A stretch of DNA of 32,000 nucleotides, taken from positions 1,653,058 to 1,685,057 of the forward strand of contig CP006868.1 in the NCBI GenBank assembly GCA_025340205.1, written 5' to 3'. This document shows, piece by piece, positions 27,335-32,000 of this stretch; position 1 is the first letter of the stretch; every line of letters starts with the position of its first letter. The position numbers and the translations under genes are program-made. The notes under the pieces were generated by a model. The model saw only the letters and a program-made list of their open reading frames with translations, did not search any database and had not been told where the DNA came from. Source of the DNA: Ignicoccus pacificus DSM 13166 (GTDB taxonomy: Archaea > Thermoproteota > Thermoprotei_A > Sulfolobales > Ignicoccaceae).

Positions 27335-28852
27335 TCAGACATGACCACCCCCACCTGGAGTCTCTATGATGAAAACGTCGTCTGGTTCGAGTTCAACTGT
27401 ATCGTAACCTCCTATGAGATACTCCGTCTGCTTCTTCACTATTCTCACATTCCCGGGCTTCCCTGGAGAGGCCTTAACTCCCGGGCTCGGATACTTTGTC
27501 CTTGACATCATTACAGTGACTTTTATTCTTTCTAAGGCCTTCCAAGACCTAATTAGACCATCACCCCCTTTTCTTCTGCCATAACCTCCGCTCCCCCTCC
27601 TTACCCTATATTGGAGAAAGAGTATGGGTAACTCTTGTTCTAGAACCTCTATTGGGGTATTCATGGTATTCGTCATTCCCCACTGGACAGCGTTCTCTCC
27701 GTCTTCGCGGGAGGTAGATGAACCTCCTCCACCGTTTGTCTCATAATATACCTTATTTTTAGTAGAGATAACGACGTTGGCCATGGTTCCTGGACCACAA
27801 GAAGGAGCCTTATCGGTGGCACTCGCTAAAGCTATGAGGAGAGCCTCCAAGGCTCTCTGTGAAGTCTCCAAGTTCCCAGCGCCTACAGCTGCTGGATAAT
27901 GAGGATTGAGTAAGCTACCCTCTCTGGTTTTAACGTCTATAGAATCATACAGTCCTTGATCTACTGGTCCCTCTGGTACCGTTAGAGCCTTCAAGAAGAA
28001 TGAGGTGGCGGCGTAAGGTATCCCTTCTACGGCGTTTACGTTCAAGGGAACCTCGTCGTCAGTAGGACTAAAATCAACTTTTAATAAATCATCTTCAATC
28101 TTGAGCCTAACTCCTATCTTAACGTCTTTGAGGGGCGTCTCCAGAATAGTTTCGCCAAAACCCTCGATACCCTCGAACTCACTTAGGTGTTTCGAATAAA
28201 GAGCTCTCGAAGACTCAATGAAACTGTCTATAGAATTTAATATTAACTCCTTTGAGTACCTCTCCAAGAGCTCGTTAATTCTCCTTACGCCCTCTCTTAA
28301 GGAGGCTATCTGAGCTTTGACGTCTGAACGGAAGACCTTAGGGACTCTTACTTGGGAAGCGAGCTCGTTCAGGACTTTCTCGTCAACCTCCCAACTCTTC
28401 GCTATTAGCGTTGGTTCTATGACTAGTCCTTCTTCATAAAGAGTCCTTGCCCTAGGATTTAGTGAGCCGGGAACAGGTCCGCCTACGTCTACGTGGTGCG
28501 CTTTATTGATTACCCACCCTAAGGGAGACTTCGTAATGACAGTGACGTCGTTTAGGTGAGTACCCGTAAGGTATGGATCATTCATTATTATGACGTCGCC
28601 TACCCCGAGCTCACCTATCTTTGCTTCTATCGCATTAAGTATTCTCTTGGATGCCCATGCTAGGCTTCCCAAATGCACCGGAATATGTTCCGCTTGGGCT
28701 GCAATTCTCCCGTCATCAGTTAGGAGAGCACACGACATGTCTAATCTTTCTCTTATATTGGGGGACATAGAGGAATTTCGGAGGACTATCCCCATTTCCT
28801 CGGCTATGTAGCTTAGAGCTCTTTGTATTATTCCGACCTTCAAGTTATCCAA
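27335..28852 (-). CDS. hyuB: Hydantoinase B/5-oxoprolinase family protein
   Basis: AQAEHIPVHLGSLAWA, GDVIIMNDPYLTGTHLNDVTVI, and RRGSGGYGRRKGGDGLIRSWK, IIETPGGGG motifs. Confidence 0.9.
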   Translation of the reverse strand: MDNLKVGIIQRALSYIAEEMGIVLRNSSMSPNIRERLDMSCALLTDDGRIAAQAEHIPVHLGSLAWASKRILNAIEAKIGELGVGDVIIMNDPYLTGTHLNDVTVITKSPLGWVINKAHHVDVGGPVPGSLNPRARTLYEEGLVIEPTLIAKSWEVDEKVLNELASQVRVPKVFRSDVKAQIASLREGVRRINELLERYSKELILNSIDSFIESSRALYSKHLSEFEGIEGFGETILETPLKDVKIGVRLKIEDDLLKVDFSPTDDEVPLNVNAVEGIPYAATSFFLKALTVPEGPVDQGLYDSIDVKTREGSLLNPHYPAAVGAGNLETSQRALEALLIALASATDKAPSCGPGTMANVVISTKNKVYYETNGGGGSSTSREDGENAVQWGMTNTMNTPIEVLEQELPILFLQYRVRRGSGGYGRRKGGDGLIRSWKALERIKVTVMMSRTKYPSPGVKASPGKPGNVRIVKKQTEYLIGGYDTVELEPDDVFIIETPGGGGHV

Positions 28853-29004
28853 TAATTCCCCCTATACGACGAGAGAAGTCCCCCCTATCATCCTGAGGCC
28901 TCTTGCCTCCGTCAAGGGGGTCGGCGCGCATGAGTATGTTAAGAAATGGGTATTTTAGAGTTGGAACAGTCTGTGTGAGCCCTAATTAAGTTTGTTGATT
29001 TAGG

Positions 29005-29431
29005 GTGAAGAAATATTCGAGAAGTAGTCGTTACACTACCTCTAGTAACACTTATAATAACAGGTTTAGGAAATATTACATCGAGAGTTACAACTACTAC
29101 GTTATTACATATAGTTACAACAAGAGTAAGTAACTTTTTAGTAATATGTAACGTTAGTAAGGTAGCGGTAGAACTAGATAGCTATCCTCTCTATATAATA
29201 GAAGGTAGGGGAAAGGGATGCATTAGCGTTCCTCTCTTCGCTTCGAGATATGCAATAAGAAACGGAACTGTGTACTTCGTAAGAGTGGCTCAAACGCTTT
29301 ACTCTACATCAAAAAGTTCTATTAAGTTAGTGACCACTGATGGAGCTTTGAAAGTAGGTAGCCTAGTACCCTACATAGTACTCCTACTTGAGATAATCAG
29401 AAGGATCAGAGCCCTCGAGTTCGAGGAATAG
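29005..29431 (+). pseudogene. Disrupted or frameshifted small exported/membrane protein, not in the supplied ORF track
   Basis: Frame open from 29009 to the TAG at 29429-29431 with no ATG/GTG/TTG near its 5' end. A GTG at 29005 in another frame gives MKKYSR; a one-base shift yields MKKYSR-VVVTLPLVTLIITGLGNITSR..., a signal-peptide-like start. A hydrophobic segment lies near the C-terminus. Confidence 0.45.
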
Positions 29432-29722
29432 GTCAATAATATCCTCTTTACAAACTCTGTTACCACAAAAATGGACCCCTTCTAATACCAATAATTTTCT
29501 CTTAAATGATTCTCCTAATTTGTAACCCCCTATTTTGCCATTACTCATGACTACGCGATGACATGGAATCACTACGAGTTCTTCATTGCTGTTTAACAGC
29601 TTACCTACCGCTCGGGGAGAAGTCTTCAAGATATTCGCTAAACTCTTATACGTTGTAACCTTCCCTCGAGGGATCAGTAAAAGTAAGATCTTCAAGAGCT
29701 CTTCTTTTCTTATCTTCCCCAA
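29384..29722 (-). CDS. ogt: Methylated-DNA--protein-cysteine methyltransferase
   Basis: GKVTTYKSLANIL, RAVGKLLNSNEELVVIPCHRVVMSNGKIGGY with the PCHR active site. Confidence 0.92.
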   Translation of the reverse strand: MGKIRKEELLKILLLLIPRGKVTTYKSLANILKTSPRAVGKLLNSNEELVVIPCHRVVMSNGKIGGYKLGESFKRKLLVLEGVHFCGNRVCKEDIIDLFLELEGSDPSDYLK

Positions 29723-29752
29723 AGCCTATTCCCAGATGGGGAGACGCGAGCT

Positions 29753-29968
29753 ATGGTAATGTATTGGTACAGATGCATCTCGGGTATATATGATCCTGTT
29801 CAGAAATGTCCCTTACTAGACGCAGAGGTCTCAGCTCACTTTTGCATTATATGCCCCTATAGGGGAAAGGAATGTAAGAATCCGGTCTGGTTCTCAGAAT
29901 TAGGATCACATGAAAAAGAAGATAGACTAAGGAGGATAGTGGACGCCGTAATGGGGAGCAGTAAATGA
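29753..29968 (+). CDS. Small Cys-containing hypothetical protein, 71 aa
   Basis: ORF divergent from ogt, with cysteines incl. CIICPYRGKEC; overlaps the next ORF by 4 nt. Confidence 0.6.
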   Translation: MVMYWYRCISGIYDPVQKCPLLDAEVSAHFCIICPYRGKECKNPVWFSELGSHEKEDRLRRIVDAVMGSSK

Positions 29969-30681
29969 TTGTAAGCTACTGTGGTCTAGGGAAAGGGATA
30001 GCTAGATTATACTCCATTGCTATGCACACTATAGCCTATCAACTCGTGGAATTCGTGAGTCCCATTGAGCTAGCGGAGTATGTTTTGCCGTACAACGACG
30101 TGAGTGAAGTCGTCGTCTTCTGTGTGCGCGATGAAAACTCCTTAGTCAGAATTTGTGATGTCCTAAGACATACGGTTTCGAGGTTCGTTATCTTTCATGA
30201 TAGAATCCGAAATCCTATGGTAAGGAAGAAGATGAAAACATGCACAAGCAACGTCGAAATTGAAGGAAAAGATGAAGTGGACGTCTTGATTGAAATGTAC
30301 GCCAAGGCATTGAGAGACGTATTAAATAGAGCAAGGGAAAATCCAAGAGCACGCCTTCTTGAAGAAGATTTGAAGGAATGGGAGAAGGAAGAGGAATGGA
30401 TAAAGGAATTAGATATAGAAATAAAACCTAAGGTGACATATACTCCCTCTATGGAGTTGCCGGCTTATCTTATATCGAAGTTATTCAAAGCTGATCTAAT
30501 TCCATTAGAGATCGTCGAGCCTAGCAAGGAATTATTAGTTTTAGGAACTTCCGCAGAGGAACATTGGGTTAGGCCACTATTAGTAAAAGGAGCTAAAGGA
30601 ATCATTCTGAACCTAGATCCTTTAGTAGCTCCTCTCTACGTTCTTAAGAAGATAAAGGCAATGAGTCAGATCTCGGGATAA
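29965..30681 (+). CDS. Hypothetical protein, 238 aa
   Basis: Long ORF overlapping the 71-aa ORF by 4 nt; no family recognised. Confidence 0.65.
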   Translation: MIVSYCGLGKGIARLYSIAMHTIAYQLVEFVSPIELAEYVLPYNDVSEVVVFCVRDENSLVRICDVLRHTVSRFVIFHDRIRNPMVRKKMKTCTSNVEIEGKDEVDVLIEMYAKALRDVLNRARENPRARLLEEDLKEWEKEEEWIKELDIEIKPKVTYTPSMELPAYLISKLFKADLIPLEIVEPSKELLVLGTSAEEHWVRPLLVKGAKGIILNLDPLVAPLYVLKKIKAMSQISG

Positions 30682-32000
30682 GATAACCTGTACAAGTTAA
30701 TAGTCCTGCGGTTTCTGATTTCTCCAGCTATGGGTTTTAGCATGATCTCTCTTACCTTCTCTAGATCATTACCATAGTTTCCTAGTGCCCACATTAGTTT
30801 GACCGTGGCTACCTCAGCTAGCATGTCCTCTAGGGGAACGGCTCCTGCGTCAAGCATTTCGCGTCCAGTTGAATATACGTTCAAATTGACGGTACCGTGA
30901 ATACATTGCGTTGTCACACCTACAAAGACGCCGGCATCCGTCAATCTCTTGATGGTCTCAACAAGTCTCTGAGGAACGTGGCCCATTCCGGTACCTTCTA
31001 TTATAACACCTCTATATCCCTTCTCTAAAGCTATCTCGAGTAGATCGGGCATGCCGGGATATGCCTTTACTTGAAGTACTCTTGGGTCGAACTTCGGAAG
31101 GACCTTTGGTTCTATATTAGATCTTCTGTTTAATGGTTCAGATATCATCTTTACTTCGTATGCCCAAGGCCAGACGTAGGCCAAGGGTTCAGCACATACG
31201 CTCTGGAAGGCATCTCTTCTAGTACTATGAAACTTCCTTACCCTTGTTGCCCTATGAACCACAGCGTAGGTGTCTCCAGTCTCGCCATGCATGGTCACTA
31301 CTACTTCGGCTGCATTAGCCTTGGTAGCGAAGACTACTGAAGCCATCAAGTTGAACGCTGCGTCACTTGATGGTCTGTCGGAAGACCTCTGCGCACCAGT
31401 GAAGACCACCGGTTTGTTTAGGTCTTGAATAGCAAAGGCCAGGGCAGAGGACGTGTATGCCATAGTATCAGTTCCATGTGCTACAATCACACCAGCTATC
31501 TCATCTCTAAGGAGCTCTGCGTGAACCGCTAAGGCTATCTTTTCCCAGTACTTTGGTTCCATGTTCTCTGAGAGAATCTCAAGTATCTGTTCCGCCTCTA
31601 TATTGGCAACGTCCAAGAGCTCGGGAATGTCCTCTACGAGCTCCTCAGCACTCATAGCGGGTTTTACCGCTCCAGTTTCGTAGTCTATTTTAGAAGCAAT
31701 GGTACCTCCGGTTCCTATTATCTTAACCGTAGGGAGACCTTCTCTTTTAGGTACACCTTTAGCCTTAGCGACCTCATACCTCTTCTTCTTTTCAATAAGA
31801 GTAATTTCCTTTACTTTGTCCCACGCAATGCCTACGTTGTATCCGTTTCTTAACTTAACAACAATGAAGTTGGCTCCCCTAGGCCTTGGCATCAATATGC
31901 CTTCAATAATTAATCCATCCTCCCTTACCAAGCGTATCTTGTCTCCAATTTCTATTCCTAGTTGGCTCAACTTGGAACGTATTGGTTCGGGATACTCCAT
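30666..32000 (-). CDS. gatD: Glutamyl-tRNA(Gln) amidotransferase subunit D
   Basis: N-terminal GDKIRLVREDGLIIEGILMPRP and asparaginase-like IIGTGGTIASKIDYETGAV, GVIVAHGTDTMAYTSSALAF; the start coincides with the window edge. Confidence 0.95.
   Translation of the reverse strand: MEYPEPIRSKLSQLGIEIGDKIRLVREDGLIIEGILMPRPRGANFIVVKLRNGYNVGIAWDKVKEITLIEKKKRYEVAKAKGVPKREGLPTVKIIGTGGTIASKIDYETGAVKPAMSAEELVEDIPELLDVANIEAEQILEILSENMEPKYWEKIALAVHAELLRDEIAGVIVAHGTDTMAYTSSALAFAIQDLNKPVVFTGAQRSSDRPSSDAAFNLMASVVFATKANAAEVVVTMHGETGDTYAVVHRATRVRKFHSTRRDAFQSVCAEPLAYVWPWAYEVKMISEPLNRRSNIEPKVLPKFDPRVLQVKAYPGMPDLLEIALEKGYRGVIIEGTGMGHVPQRLVETIKRLTDAGVFVGVTTQCIHGTVNLNVYSTGREMLDAGAVPLEDMLAEVATVKLMWALGNYGNDLEKVREIMLKPIAGEIRNRRTINLYRLSYPEI

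Noticed and set aside
28890-28905. GAGGC-CTCTT-GCCTC hairpin upstream of hyuB
   Set aside because: 5-bp stem in a GC-containing gap; no T-tract or other support for a terminator or RNA gene.
1-32000. CRISPR arrays, insertion sequences, proviral or toxin-antitoxin genes, tRNA or rRNA genes
   Set aside because: I looked for regularly spaced repeats, transposase or integrase motifs, terminal repeats and tRNA T-arm consensus by eye and found none convincing. A tRNAscan-SE and repeat search would be needed to exclude intron-containing tRNAs or short repeats.

Overview
This window looks like a gene-dense archaeal chromosomal segment. aIF5B/IF-2-type infB, L24e, S28e, HerA/NurA, GatD, an archaeal UMP kinase and a ThiD-ThiN fusion point to a hyperthermophilic Thermoproteota lineage, possibly Desulfurococcales or Ignicoccus-like; that placement is inference. 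Supported content: two ParA/MinD-type ATPases, leucyl aminopeptidase, divergent nurA/herA, pyrH, a livFGMH branched-chain amino-acid ABC transporter, an SDH_sah/SppA-like protein, an RNase H-fold protein, ndk, rpl24e, rps28e, a fused class I fumarase, a GH130-like enzyme, a secreted Lon-like (S16) protease, thiD-thiN, a beta-propeller protein, a K+ channel with a TrkA-N domain, infB, trpD, hyuB, ogt, gatD and several small hypothetical genes. I see no CRISPR array, transposon or provirus. The best leads are: (1) the Lon-like protease is split by an apparent single-base frameshift exactly between its catalytic Ser and Lys; (2) an unannotated exported-protein frame at 29005-29431 lacks a start codon unless a one-base shift is assumed; (3) four candidate C/D-box sRNA genes lie in intergenic gaps, the one upstream of infB being the best; (4) a ParA-like ATPase sits between two small uncharacterised proteins; (5) a missed 57-aa Cys-rich protein lies downstream of nurA. 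No convincing new defence or mobile system was found.
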